Source of the DNA: Alphaproteobacteria bacterium | GTDB lineage: Bacteria > Pseudomonadota > Alphaproteobacteria > SHVV01 | Direction: 5' to 3' | DNA: 64,000 nucleotides | Assembly (NCBI GenBank): GCA_965261735.1 | Contig: OZ253470.1 | Location: 2,464,001-2,528,000, forward strand | Shown here: positions 1 through 9,604 of the stretch, in pieces | Layout: each line of letters starts with the position of its first letter | Position numbering within the stretch: position 1 is the first letter of the stretch | Program-made: the position numbers and the translations under genes | Notes under the pieces: generated by a model | Database searches by the model: none | What the model saw: the letters and a program-made list of their open reading frames with translations, nothing else | What the model was told of the DNA's origin: nothing

Positions 1-4
1 GATC

Positions 5-469
5 ATGGATATCGCCGATCTGCTGAGCCTCGAGGGCATCGTCGCCAACCTCAAGGCGACCAGCAAAAAGCAGGTGTTCCAGGAGTTGGCCGCCCGGGCG
101 GCAACGCTGAGCGGCGCCGATCCGCGCCATATCTTCGATGTCCTGCTCGAGCGCGAGCGCCTCGGCACCACCGGGATCGGCCGCGGCATCGCCATCCCGC
201 ACAGCAAGGTGACGGGAATCGAGACGCTCTACGGCCTGTTCGCGCGCCTCGAGCACCCGGTCGACTTTGCGGCGATCGACGAGCAGCCGGTCGATCTCGT
301 GTTCCTGCTGCTCGCACCGCAATCGGCGGGTGCCGAGCACCTCAAGATTCTCGCCCGGATATCGCGCCTGTTGCGCGACGAGATGATGTGCGAAAAGCTG
401 CGCGGCTCTCACACCGCGGATGCGATCTACGCTCTGCTCACCGAAACCGCCTCCTCACACGCCGCCTAG
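5..469 (+). CDS. ptsN: PTS IIA-like nitrogen regulatory protein EIIA-Ntr
   Basis: ERERLGTTGIGRGIAIPH phospho-His motif; AGAEHLKILARISRLLRD. Confidence 0.95.
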   Translation: MDIADLLSLEGIVANLKATSKKQVFQELAARAATLSGADPRHIFDVLLERERLGTTGIGRGIAIPHSKVTGIETLYGLFARLEHPVDFAAIDEQPVDLVFLLLAPQSAGAEHLKILARISRLLRDEMMCEKLRGSHTADAIYALLTETASSHAA

Positions 470-1558
470 CGCGCAGAACACCAGGACCTTGTCGGCCGCC
501 GTCGTTTCCTGGGCGAGCTCGTCCATGGTGCTGCGCCGCGCGCCATCCATCACGTCGCCCTCGCCGATGCCGCGGGCGTCCATGCAGGTGCCGCACAGCA
601 GCACCTGGCCGCCGCCCGAGGTCACGCGCCTCAACATACGCTCGACGTTGTAATACCCGTTCGGCGTCTTCTGCCCCCTGCGCGCCGCGGCGACCGCATC
701 GGCCATCAGGAACACGGAGACCTGCGGTGCCGAACCGCCCTTGAGCGGCGCATGCGCGAGGCGTAGCGCGTTGTAGCAGCGCTCCGTCCCGTAGGGCGGA
801 TCGTTGAGCGGGTCGACCGCCTGCTCGAACAGGGGAATTCGGGTTTCATCCCAGAGCACCCGACCGAATGCGAAGGGCGCGTTGGCGCACGCCGCGAGGA
901 TCGGTCCCGACACCATGAGAGACGCGTTGTAGTAGCGGTGCGCCAGACGCGCCGGCGTCTTGAGGTGGATCTGGAACGCCGTCGTCGCCGCCTCCGGCAT
1001 GACGTCCCTGTGCTCCGTGACGAGCCGCTCGCGCCCGCCGATGTCGATCTTGAGCGGCCGGCCGTGGCGCTGGCGCAGCACCTCTCTGTTGAGCTCGTAA
1101 TAGCGCTTCAGGGGCGAAATATTGGCGACGGAGAGATCTTCGCCGCGTAGCGTCGGCAGCGTGCCGATCAGCACCATGTTGGCATTGAGCCCATGGGCGA
1201 CAGCATTGGAGTGGGACCAAAGATCGCTGAGCTCGGCGGTCGCCCGCCGCAGCACGTCGCCGCGGAGCTGCAGCGGGGTGGAATTCAGCTCCACGTTGAA
1301 GCGCGAACGTTTGGGCACGACGAGGGGATGGTCGAGCGCGTCGAGGAAGGCCTCGTTGATGGAGTACGGGAAAGTCCCGTGGTCCAGCAGCCAGGCCTCG
1401 ACCTCGAAGCCAATGGCGTAGCCCGTCTCCGAGAGTTCATTGCGGGCGAACAGATTGGAGGCATGCCGCGTTTCGTCGCGCAGCCGGCTCTGGAACTGGT
1501 CGAAATCGGAGGGATCGAACAGTGTTTGTTCGATTTCTTCGCCCATCGGCCGCCTCAA
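455..1558 (-). pseudogene. Chimeric ORF: N-terminal part of a glutamate-cysteine ligase (GCS2-like) protein fused to a DsrE/YchN-family domain
   Basis: IGFEVEAWL, FNVELN, FQIHL, ETRIPLFEQAV, then a switch near 810 to NDPPYGTERCYNALRLA..FLMADAV..LCGTCMDARG..ADKVLVF; GCS2 C-terminal half absent. Confidence 0.7.
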
Positions 1559-1674
1559 TGCCCGCGTCTGCTTGGCGCGGGGTCAAACGCGACGCACGCC
1601 CCCGCTTGCGTCATGGCGCCGCGCGCCGTCTTCGAGCCGGATACCCTCGGCCGGAGCGCCGATTCTCACCCAAC

Positions 1675-1890
1675 CTAGTGGACGCTGACGGGATCGAGAT
1701 CGTTCTGGATGGCGACCGCGAATGCGGCCCCGCGGCTCGCCACGACGGCGATCCGTGTGCCGTCGGCGGCGAACAGGGCATACAGCGACGACCCCTCCCA
1801 CACGACCGGCTTGACGTAGGCGAGATCGGGCGCACCCCAAGTGGCCAGCGCTTCCGGCGATATCGCGTTGATGTGGGACGTGCGCGTCAT
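1675..1890 (-). CDS. DUF1150-family small protein
   Basis: LAYVKPV..YALFAADGT..PVSVH; ATGA overlap with hsp20, its usual neighbour. Confidence 0.85.
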   Translation of the reverse strand: MTRTSHINAISPEALATWGAPDLAYVKPVVWEGSSLYALFAADGTRIAVVASRGAAFAVAIQNDLDPVSVH

Positions 1891-2387
1891 GCCTCGCCTC
1901 CTTCTGCGCGGGAATCTGGCGCGTCGCTGGCGCCCGCGTCCACCGCCACGAGCGTCGCTTTGGCCCGCTTGCTCTTGCTGCTCGCGATCTCGATGTTGCG
2001 GACGCGCGCCACCGGGCGCGGGCGTACCAGATCGACCGCAAGGAGGCCGTTATCGAGGCTCGCGCCCTGGACCTCGATCCCCTCGGCGAGCACAAAGGCA
2101 CGCTGGAACTGGCGCGCGGCGATACCGCGGTGGATGAACACGCGCTCGGCGCCCTCGTCCGCCTGCTTGCCGCGGATGATGAGCTGGTTGTCCTCGACCG
2201 TGATCGACAGATCGGCGACGCCGAAACCGGCGACCGCCACGGTGATGCGCAGCCGGTCGGGGCCGATCTGCTCGATATTGTAGGGCGGGTAGCCATCGCC
2301 GACCGATTTCGTCACGCGATCGACGGTGCGCTCGAAATGCTCGAATCCGAGCAGCAGCGGGCTATTGAAGACGGAAAGCCGCGTCAT
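1887..2387 (-). CDS. Small heat-shock protein, Hsp20/IbpA family
   Basis: GYPPYNIE, LAVAGF-like VAVAGF, FIHRGIAARQFQRAF, ASLDNGLL. Confidence 0.95.
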   Translation of the reverse strand: MTRLSVFNSPLLLGFEHFERTVDRVTKSVGDGYPPYNIEQIGPDRLRITVAVAGFGVADLSITVEDNQLIIRGKQADEGAERVFIHRGIAARQFQRAFVLAEGIEVQGASLDNGLLAVDLVRPRPVARVRNIEIASSKSKRAKATLVAVDAGASDAPDSRAEGGEA

Positions 2388-2487
2388 GGTGGCTGACCTC
2401 CTCGAGAACGAGCGAGCGCGCCGGTGGCAGCCAACTTACGGCGCTCCACCAGCGCCAACCTGCGGCAGCCCGAACGGCACCGCCGCC
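2385..2487 (-). promoter_or_regulatory. ROSE-type RNA thermometer in the hsp20 5' UTR
   Basis: CUCGCUCG-UUCU-CGAGGAG hairpin: UCGCU pairs with the AGGA Shine-Dalgarno leaving a bulged G; two further hairpins upstream. Confidence 0.7.
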
Positions 2488-2493
2488 CCATAA

Positions 2494-2521
2494 ATGTAGG
2501 CGTGGCCGCGGCTCTTTCAAG
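2494..2521 (-). promoter_or_regulatory. RpoH (sigma32)-type promoter of hsp20
   Basis: CTTGAA-N15-CCTACAT on minus strand, close to the alphaproteobacterial CTTGAA-N15/16-CCTATAT consensus. Confidence 0.75.
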
Positions 2522-2609
2522 GCGGCGCCGGCTAGCCGGCCGGGCGCCCGTGCTGCTACAAGTGGTCGGCGCAGGCGCGCCCGGCCGCGCCACCAGAGGG
2601 GAGCAAATC

Positions 2610-4118
2610 GTGGCGCTCGACGCAACCCGCAGCGACCTTCGGGTCGGCATCGTCGGTGGCGGAGCCATGGGGCGCGGCATAGCCCAGGTCGCCATCGCGG
2701 GCGGCATCGCGACGCTGATCCACGACAGTGCCCCCGGTGTCACCGAAGCGGCGCGCGACTTCATCGCACGCATGTTGCGCCGCCAGGCCGAAAAGGGGGC
2801 GATGTCCGGCGACGATGTGGAGGCGGCTTTGGCGCGGCTCGGTATCGCCGCACACCTCGACGATTTGGCCGCGTGCGACGTCGTCGTCGAGGCGGTGGTC
2901 GAGGACCTCGAGGCCAAGCGCACTCTGTTTCGTGAACTCGAACGTATCGTGGGCGCGGAGGCGGTGCTCGCGTCCAACACCTCGTCGCTCCGCATCGCCG
3001 CCATCGCCGCCGCCTGCGAGCATCGCCGCCGCGTCGCCGGCATGCACTTCTTCAATCCGGTCCCGTTGATGAAGCTGGTCGAGATCGTCAGGGCGCCCGA
3101 CACCGACCCGGCGGTGGTCGAGCAGCTCGCGGTACTCGGCCGGCGCATGGGGCGCACGGCGGTCGAGGTCGCGGACGGACCCGGCTTCCTCGTTAATCTC
3201 GGGGGGCGCGCCTTCGTCACCGAGGGCCTGCGCATCGCCCAGGAGCGCATCGCGCCACCCAGTGCCGTCGACGCCGTCATGCGCGATGCGTGGGGTTTTC
3301 GCATGGGACCCTTCGAACTCATGGACCTGACCGGTATCGACGTGAACTTCCCGGCCACCATGGCGATCTATGACGGCTACTTCCAGGAGCGGCGGATCGC
3401 CACCTCGCCACTCCACGAATCCCTGCACGCGTCGGGCCGCTTCGGGCGCAAGGCGGGGGCGGGCTACTACGCCTACGACAAGGGCGGAAGCAAGATCGCC
3501 GAGAGTCCCGACGCGCCGACCGACGCCGATCCGGCGCCGCTCGTATGCCTGGCCGAGCCCGACGATGCGCTGGCGGCGCTCGCCGATGCGGCCGGCGCCG
3601 AGATCGTTGGCGACGGGGGCACCGAGCCGATTCTCGCGGCACCGCTCGGCGAGGACTGCACCGCGCTGGCGGTGCGCGCCGGTATCGACCATCGCCGCCT
3701 CGTCGCCGTCGATTTGACGGGCGACCTCATGAAGCGCCTGACCGTGATGACGGCGCCGGGGGCCGACGCTGCGGTCCGCGCGCAAGTCGTCGCGCGCCTC
3801 GCCAACACCGGCGCGCCCGTCACCGCGATCGCCGATTCGCCGGGCTTCATCGGCCAGCGCATCGCCGCCATGGTCGCCAACCTCGGTTGCGAGATGGCGC
3901 AGCTCGGCATCGCCCGGCCCGACGACATCGACACCGCCATGAAGCTCGGGCTCAACTACCCGCTAGGCCCGCTCGAGTTGGCGCAATCCATGGGCCCGGC
4001 ACGCGTGCTGGCGATCCTCGAGCGTCTTCAGGCGATCACCGGCGACGACCGTTACCGCCCGAGCCAATGGCTACGGCGCCGGGCCATGCTCGGCCTGCCG
4101 ATCAGCGTTCCGGGCTGA
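2610..4118 (+). CDS. 3-hydroxyacyl-CoA dehydrogenase (PaaH-like)
   Basis: GIVGGGAMGRGIAQ, EAVVEDLEAK, LASNTSS, GMHFFNP; duplicated C-terminal domain; GTG at 2610 after GAGGGGAG. Confidence 0.9.
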   Translation: MALDATRSDLRVGIVGGGAMGRGIAQVAIAGGIATLIHDSAPGVTEAARDFIARMLRRQAEKGAMSGDDVEAALARLGIAAHLDDLAACDVVVEAVVEDLEAKRTLFRELERIVGAEAVLASNTSSLRIAAIAAACEHRRRVAGMHFFNPVPLMKLVEIVRAPDTDPAVVEQLAVLGRRMGRTAVEVADGPGFLVNLGGRAFVTEGLRIAQERIAPPSAVDAVMRDAWGFRMGPFELMDLTGIDVNFPATMAIYDGYFQERRIATSPLHESLHASGRFGRKAGAGYYAYDKGGSKIAESPDAPTDADPAPLVCLAEPDDALAALADAAGAEIVGDGGTEPILAAPLGEDCTALAVRAGIDHRRLVAVDLTGDLMKRLTVMTAPGADAAVRAQVVARLANTGAPVTAIADSPGFIGQRIAAMVANLGCEMAQLGIARPDDIDTAMKLGLNYPLGPLELAQSMGPARVLAILERLQAITGDDRYRPSQWLRRRAMLGLPISVPG

Positions 4119-4959
4119 GCGAGGCGAGCTCGCGGATGTAGTTGGGGAGGGCGAAGGCCGCGCAGTGAACCTCGGGGTTGTAGTAGCCCGTGGCGAGCTC
4201 GGCCGCAGCGCAGCGCGCGGCGATCGTCTTGCGCTCGGGCTTGGCCAGCTCGAGCGCGTCGCTGGCCCAGCCGAACGCCATGGCGCCGCCGTAATAGGCG
4301 GGAACAGGTGCGAGGAAAAAGCCGCTGTGGGCGAACAGCTCGGCGAACAGCCGGTGGCATCCGACGACTTCCTCGGGCTGAAAGAACGGAACCCCCGTCT
4401 GCGCCGCGATGAGCCCCGACTCCGCCAACGCGCGGCGGCAGTTCTCGTAGAAGGGGCGCTCGAACAGCGCCGTCGCCGGGCCGATCGGATCCGGTGAATC
4501 GACGATAATGAGGTCGAAGGCGTCGGCCGCGTCGGCGACGAACTCGGCGCCATCGCCGATGACCAGCATGGTACGCGGATCCTCGAAGGCACCACCGCAA
4601 ATCCCGCCCAGATGCTCGCGGCAGACATCGACGACGTTTTGGTCGATCTCGACCATCGTCACCGCCTCGACGCCGTGCTTGAGCAGTTCCTCGAGCATGC
4701 CGCCGTCGCCGCCGCCGATGATCAGAGCGCGCGAGACGTGGCCGTGGCCGAGCGCCGGCACGTGGGTGAGCATCTCGTGATAGATGAACTCGTCGCGCTC
4801 GGTGGTCTGGACGATTCCGTCGAGCACCAGAACGCGCCCGAAATGGGCGTTCTCGAACACCTCGATGGTCTGAAAGGCGCTCTCGCCCCGGTAGATCGTC
4901 TTGCTGATTTCGAGAGCCTGCTTGGCGGAGTCGTGCAGACGCTCCCGAAACCAGGTCAC
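4102..4959 (-). CDS. speE: Spermidine synthase (polyamine aminopropyltransferase)
   Basis: LDGIVQTTERDEFIYHEM, IIGGGDGG, DLIIVDSPDP; GTG overlaps the speD stop. Confidence 0.95.
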   Translation of the reverse strand: MTWFRERLHDSAKQALEISKTIYRGESAFQTIEVFENAHFGRVLVLDGIVQTTERDEFIYHEMLTHVPALGHGHVSRALIIGGGDGGMLEELLKHGVEAVTMVEIDQNVVDVCREHLGGICGGAFEDPRTMLVIGDGAEFVADAADAFDLIIVDSPDPIGPATALFERPFYENCRRALAESGLIAAQTGVPFFQPEEVVGCHRLFAELFAHSGFFLAPVPAYYGGAMAFGWASDALELAKPERKTIAARCAAAELATGYYNPEVHCAAFALPNYIRELASLSPER

Positions 4960-5381
4960 GGGCGCAGGCCCCGCCGGTGCTTGGTGAGACGGACGTCGGT
5001 GGGGCGAAAATGGGCGCGTAAAACGGGCACCGCCTTCTCGGCATCGCACGCGCCACATACGAAGATGTCGATCGCGGCGTAGCCGGTCTCGGGCCAGGTG
5101 TGGATGCTCATGTGCGATTCGGCGAGGATGGCGACCCCGGAGACACCGCCCGTGGAGGAGTACTGGTGGAGGTCGACCTTGAGGAGCGTGGCACCCGCGG
5201 CGGCGACCGACTCGGTGAGCGCGGCCTCGATGGCGCGCACGTCGTCGAGGCCGACTCCGCCCCACATGTCGAGCAGCAGATGGGTGCCCGCGAAGCGCAC
5301 GCCATCCTCCTCGACGTAGTACGGGCTCGTCGCTTCGGCCTCGGACCAACGCGTGTCTTCAACCACAGCTTCGTGCGCCAT
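4956..5381 (-). CDS. speD: S-adenosylmethionine decarboxylase proenzyme
   Basis: LAESHMSIHTWPE self-cleavage motif; AAIDIFVCG. Confidence 0.95.
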   Translation of the reverse strand: MAHEAVVEDTRWSEAEATSPYYVEEDGVRFAGTHLLLDMWGGVGLDDVRAIEAALTESVAAAGATLLKVDLHQYSSTGGVSGVAILAESHMSIHTWPETGYAAIDIFVCGACDAEKAVPVLRAHFRPTDVRLTKHRRGLRP

Positions 5382-5541
5382 GGCCGGCCTCCCTGCCTAT
5401 TTATGGTGACGCGCTCGGGCTGCGTTGTTTGGCGTAAAACAGCCGAAAATGCAAGACTCTTGCGCGGCCACCGGGCGCTGCCTGGAACGGCCCGCGGTGC
5501 GCCGGGCGCAGGCGCACGGGGGCACCGCCACGAGGGAGGGA

Positions 5542-7062
5542 ATGATGGCACCGCGCCCACCGACGCCGGCGAGAATCGCGGCGATGGCCTCCGAGCTCGG
5601 CCTCGCGCTCGAGCCCGCGGACATCGCCTTCTTCGGCGAGCTGATCGCCGCGAGCGTGACCCGAAGCTACGGCGCGCTCGACGCGCTGCCCGACGACATG
5701 CCGCAGGTCACGTACCCGCGCACACCCGGCTACCGCCCGGACGCGAACGAGGACCCGCTCCATGCCTGGTCCGTAAAGACGCGCATCAAGGGCGCGGCCG
5801 CGGGCAAGCTCGCGGGGCGCACCGTCGCGCTCAAGGACAATGTGTGCCTCGCCGGCGTGCCGATGATGTGCGGCGCCTCGACGCTGGAAGGCTACGTGCC
5901 CGACATCGATGCCACCATCGTCACCCGCATGCTCGACGAGGGCGCAGAGATCGCCGGCAAGGCCCATTGCGAGTACTTCTGCTTCTCGGGCAGCAGCCAC
6001 ACGAATGCGACCGGGCCGACCCACAATCCCTATCGACACGGCGTTTCCGCGGGCGGATCGTCATCGGGCTCGGCGGCGCTGGTCGCGGCCGGCGAGGTCG
6101 ATCTCGCGATCGGCGGCGATCAGGCGGGCTCGATCCGCAACCCGGCCTCCTTCTGCGGCATCTACGGCATGAAGGCGACCTGGGGGCTGGTGCCCTACAC
6201 CGGCGTGATGCCGGTCGACATCACCCTCGATCACGTCGGCCCGATGACCGCGACGACGGCCGACAACGCGCTCCTGCTCGAGGTCATTGCCGGCGCCGAC
6301 GGCCTCGACCCGCGCCAGTACGCGCCCCGCGTCGCTGCCTACACCGAGGCTTTGGGGCGCGGCGTCGAGGGCCTTAAGGTCGGCATCGTCAAGGAGGGCT
6401 TTGCCCATTCCCATTCGGAGCCGGCGGTCGATGCCAAGGTGCGCGCCGCGGCCAAGCGGCTTCGCGAGCTCGGCGCCCGAGTGGCGGACGTGTCGATCCC
6501 CATGCACACACTCGGGGTCAGCATCTGGATCCCGATCGGTATCGACGGCACGGTCGAAATGATGATGAAGGGCAACGCCTACGGCACCAACTGGCGCGGC
6601 CTCTACGTCAGGAGCCTGATGAGCGCCCACAGCCGCTGGCGCGAGCGTGCCGACGAGCTGCCCGATGGCCTCAAGCTCGGGCTCCTGACAGGCCACTACA
6701 TGCACACCGAATATGGCGGGCGTTACTACGCCAAGGCGCAGAACCTCGCGCGCAGGTTGACTGCCGCTTACGATGCGGCGCTCGCGCGCCACGACATCCT
6801 GGTGATGCCGACGGTGCCGACCAAGGCGCCGCCGCTGCCCGGGCCGGAGGCCTCGCGGATCGAGATGATGGCGCCGGGGCTCGGCAACATCACCAACGCC
6901 GCGCCCTTCAACGTGACCGGCCACCCCTCGCTGTCAGTGCCCTGCGGCATGGTCGATGGATTGCCGGTCGGCATGATGCTCACCGGCCGCCACTGGGACG
7001 AGGAGACGCTCTACCGAGCGAGCGACGCCTTCGAGCGGGGGTTCGACTGGAAGACGCTGTGA
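5542..7062 (+). CDS. Amidase-signature family protein
   Basis: ALKDN, GGSSSGS, GGDQAGSIRNPASFCG; ATG at 5542 after GGGAGG. Confidence 0.92.
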   Translation: MMAPRPPTPARIAAMASELGLALEPADIAFFGELIAASVTRSYGALDALPDDMPQVTYPRTPGYRPDANEDPLHAWSVKTRIKGAAAGKLAGRTVALKDNVCLAGVPMMCGASTLEGYVPDIDATIVTRMLDEGAEIAGKAHCEYFCFSGSSHTNATGPTHNPYRHGVSAGGSSSGSAALVAAGEVDLAIGGDQAGSIRNPASFCGIYGMKATWGLVPYTGVMPVDITLDHVGPMTATTADNALLLEVIAGADGLDPRQYAPRVAAYTEALGRGVEGLKVGIVKEGFAHSHSEPAVDAKVRAAAKRLRELGARVADVSIPMHTLGVSIWIPIGIDGTVEMMMKGNAYGTNWRGLYVRSLMSAHSRWRERADELPDGLKLGLLTGHYMHTEYGGRYYAKAQNLARRLTAAYDAALARHDILVMPTVPTKAPPLPGPEASRIEMMAPGLGNITNAAPFNVTGHPSLSVPCGMVDGLPVGMMLTGRHWDEETLYRASDAFERGFDWKTL

Positions 7063-7224
7063 GGGCACACAAAACCGTGTCATCGCAGGGTCTTGCAACG
7101 GCTCGCGGCGCTCCCCATATCGCGTTTTAACGAGGTCAACAGGCGCCGCAAACAGCCGGCGCAGCGAGTGGGAAGGGGCGTTGTCCGTATGGGACCGCCA
7201 CGAGGGTTCTGGAGGAGATTGGGG

Positions 7225-7443
7225 ATGTTTAGGCGCGAGATAATGGCGGCTTGGGTTGTCGGTGGCGGTCTCTGGCTCACGGGCATGATGGGCCTGATGA
7301 TCTTGCCCGGCCCGGCCGATGCTGTTCAGCGTGCCACGGCCAACGGGCCCTCATACTTCGTCCCCACGGGGACCCTGTCGTCCTACCAGCCGCTCTCGGG
7401 CAAATACACCGTCTTCACGCGCAGCCTGCGCCCGGCCTCCTAG
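7225..7443 (+). CDS. Small hypothetical protein with an N-terminal hydrophobic segment
   Basis: GGAGGAG RBS; 72 aa; its TAG stop is the IS630 target site. Confidence 0.45.
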   Translation: MFRREIMAAWVVGGGLWLTGMMGLMILPGPADAVQRATANGPSYFVPTGTLSSYQPLSGKYTVFTRSLRPAS

Positions 7444-8522
7444 TGGATTGATTCCAACGTTTGGAACCCTCTGTTTCGTGCGGCGATGATATGATCGGGG
7501 TCGGCTTTCCAGATGAAGGGTTTTGGGTTTGCGTCATTGTATTCGCGGACAAATCGGTTGATGGCGGCCTGAAGGTCGACGACGGATTGGAAGACGCCGT
7601 ATTTGAGCCTGCGCCGCGTTAGTTTGGCGAAGAAGCCCTCGACGGCATTGAGCCACGAGCACGAGGTTGGCGTGAAGTGGAAGGTCCAGCGTGGATGGCG
7701 GGCGAGCCAGGCGCGGACCTTGTCCTTCTTGTGCGCGGCGTAGTTGTCGAGGATGACGTGGACGGCCTTGTCCGTCGGCACCTCGCGCTCGATGCGGTTG
7801 AGGAAGCGGATGAACTCCTGATGGCGGTGGCGCTGCATGTTCTGTGCGATGACCGTACCGTCCAGCACGTTGAGCGCGGCGAACAGCGTCGTCGTGCCAT
7901 GCCGTTTGTAATCATAGGTCATCGTACCGGCGCGGCCCTTCTTCATCGGCAAGCCGGGTTGGGTGCGGTCGAGCGCCTGGATCTGTGATTTCTCATCAAC
8001 CGACAGCACCACGGCATGGGCCGGCGGATCGACATACAAGCCGACGATATCTGTGAGCTTCTCGGCGAAGGCGGGATCATTGGAGAGCTTGAAGTGCCGC
8101 CAGCGGTGCGGGCTGAGGCCATGGGCCTTCCAGATCGATTGGACCGTCGACGCCGCGACGCCAGCAACCTTCGCCATCGCGCGCAGCGTCCAGTGGGTCG
8201 CCTCGTGCGGCGGCGCTTGCTGGGTCAGGCGGACGATCTCGGCGACGCGCTCCGGCGGGATCGGCGCTTTGCCAGGCGGACGGGACCTGTCGCGAAGCAA
8301 GCCGTTGACACCCTCGTGCATGAACCGCTCCTGCCAGCGCCAGACACAGGTCTTGGACTTGCCGGTCTCGGCCATGATCGACGAGTTCCCGAGCCCCTCG
8401 TCGCTCTTCAGGATGATCCGCGCCCGCCAGACATGTTTCTGCGAGCTCTTCGGGTCCGCGACGATAGCTTGCAATCGCTGACGGTCGCCAGACGTGACAG
8501 TAAAATGGATGCCGGTGCGCAT
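7440..8522 (-). CDS. IS630-family transposase
   Basis: SVDEKSQIQALDR, DYKRHGTTTLFAAL, ILDNYAAHK, SWLNAVE. Confidence 0.95.
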   Translation of the reverse strand: MRTGIHFTVTSGDRQRLQAIVADPKSSQKHVWRARIILKSDEGLGNSSIMAETGKSKTCVWRWQERFMHEGVNGLLRDRSRPPGKAPIPPERVAEIVRLTQQAPPHEATHWTLRAMAKVAGVAASTVQSIWKAHGLSPHRWRHFKLSNDPAFAEKLTDIVGLYVDPPAHAVVLSVDEKSQIQALDRTQPGLPMKKGRAGTMTYDYKRHGTTTLFAALNVLDGTVIAQNMQRHRHQEFIRFLNRIEREVPTDKAVHVILDNYAAHKKDKVRAWLARHPRWTFHFTPTSCSWLNAVEGFFAKLTRRRLKYGVFQSVVDLQAAINRFVREYNDANPKPFIWKADPDHIIAARNRGFQTLESIH

Positions 8523-8591
8523 AGCACAGACTCGCATGACACCGCACAATACGGAATCTCAAATCGGACTCTTTCGTTCCGATCAATCCAC
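7443..8591 (-). mobile_element. IS630-family insertion sequence, apparently intact
   Basis: Inverted ends TAGTGGATTGAT / ATCAATCCACTA; TA duplicated at 7441-7442 and 8592-8593 in CTAG context. Confidence 0.92.
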
Positions 8592-8800
8592 TAGGACACC
8601 CCCCAGCGCCCATTATCGCCGGAGGGCCACTCGGCCCTTCGGGCGCGCCTGACATGGCGCTTGCGGCCCGCGCTTGGCGCCGCTGAGCGATCTTGCGGGT
8701 CTAGCCTTCCGTCATTCCGTAAACGATTGGGAATCCGCTTCCCGGTTCGCCTCTGACTATGGGGAAGGCGTCATCCGCGGCAACAGCTGTGCTCGGTGGA

Positions 8801-8971
8801 TCACTTTTTCATCAGGTGCCGGCCGGTGAGGTCACCCGAGAGTACGGCCACGCCAAACAAGATGAGCAAGACCGGCACGAGGGGCCACGGCACCTGGAAG
8901 AGGGTCCCTAGGCCGCCGAGCAGGAACGCGATCCCGAGAGGAATCCAAAACCTCTCGATTCTCAAGCTCAT
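8801..8971 (-). CDS. Small two-helix membrane protein (hypothetical)
   Basis: MSLRIERFWIPLGIAFLLGGLG..WPLVPVLLILFGVAVL; start uncertain. Confidence 0.4.
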   Translation of the reverse strand: MSLRIERFWIPLGIAFLLGGLGTLFQVPWPLVPVLLILFGVAVLSGDLTGRHLMKK

Positions 8972-9185
8972 ATAACCTTCGGGTTGCTGCTTCAACGAGG
9001 ATGATGACGCCGACGCCGAGCAGGCCCCATCCCCAGCCAAAGTCGGCCAGCAACGCCGACCCAGAAGAAGAAAACGCCCCAACCGGCTGCGTCTGTAATG
9101 CCCCTGTTCGCCTTCCTTAGGGGCGTTTGGCGCCGTACGGCTTTGTGACGCCGCTATCGCTCGGAGCGACCGCCGCTAACGCCCC

Positions 9186-9587
9186 CTAGTCGCGCCAGGG
9201 ATCGTAGGTGCCGAAGTTCCAGATGTGGCCCTCGGAATCGCGGCAGGTATAGGCGCGCCCGCCGTGCGGCTGATCCTCGATATCGTAGAGGATCTCGGCG
9301 CCGGCGGCCTTCGCTTGCGTGCAGTGGGCGTCGGCATCGGCGATGACGACATAGGGCGCCTGCGTGACGCCGCCGGCGTCGGCGGGATGCCGGATCAGTT
9401 GGTCGTAAGCGTCTTCGCGGGCCGATCCCAGCATGATCATGCCCTTGCCGAGCACGAGCTGGGCATGGGCGATCGTATCGCCGTCCCCGGGCACGACGAG
9501 GTGGCGCTCGAACCCGAACGCCCGACACAGCCAGTCGATGGCGGCGGGCGCATCGCGGTAGCGCAGAGCCGGGATCATTGTGGCCAT
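9186..9587 (-). CDS. VOC/glyoxalase/bleomycin-resistance family protein
   Basis: PALRYRDAPAAIDWLCRAFGF, RDSEGHIWNFGTYDPW. Confidence 0.9.
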   Translation of the reverse strand: MATMIPALRYRDAPAAIDWLCRAFGFERHLVVPGDGDTIAHAQLVLGKGMIMLGSAREDAYDQLIRHPADAGGVTQAPYVVIADADAHCTQAKAAGAEILYDIEDQPHGGRAYTCRDSEGHIWNFGTYDPWRD

Positions 9588-9604
9588 CGCCCGCAGCTCC
9601 GCGC

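Noticed and set aside
8595-8800. Possible sRNA in the intergenic gap
   Set aside because: Only short, weak stems such as GCCTTCC/GGAAGGC; no promoter or terminator support.
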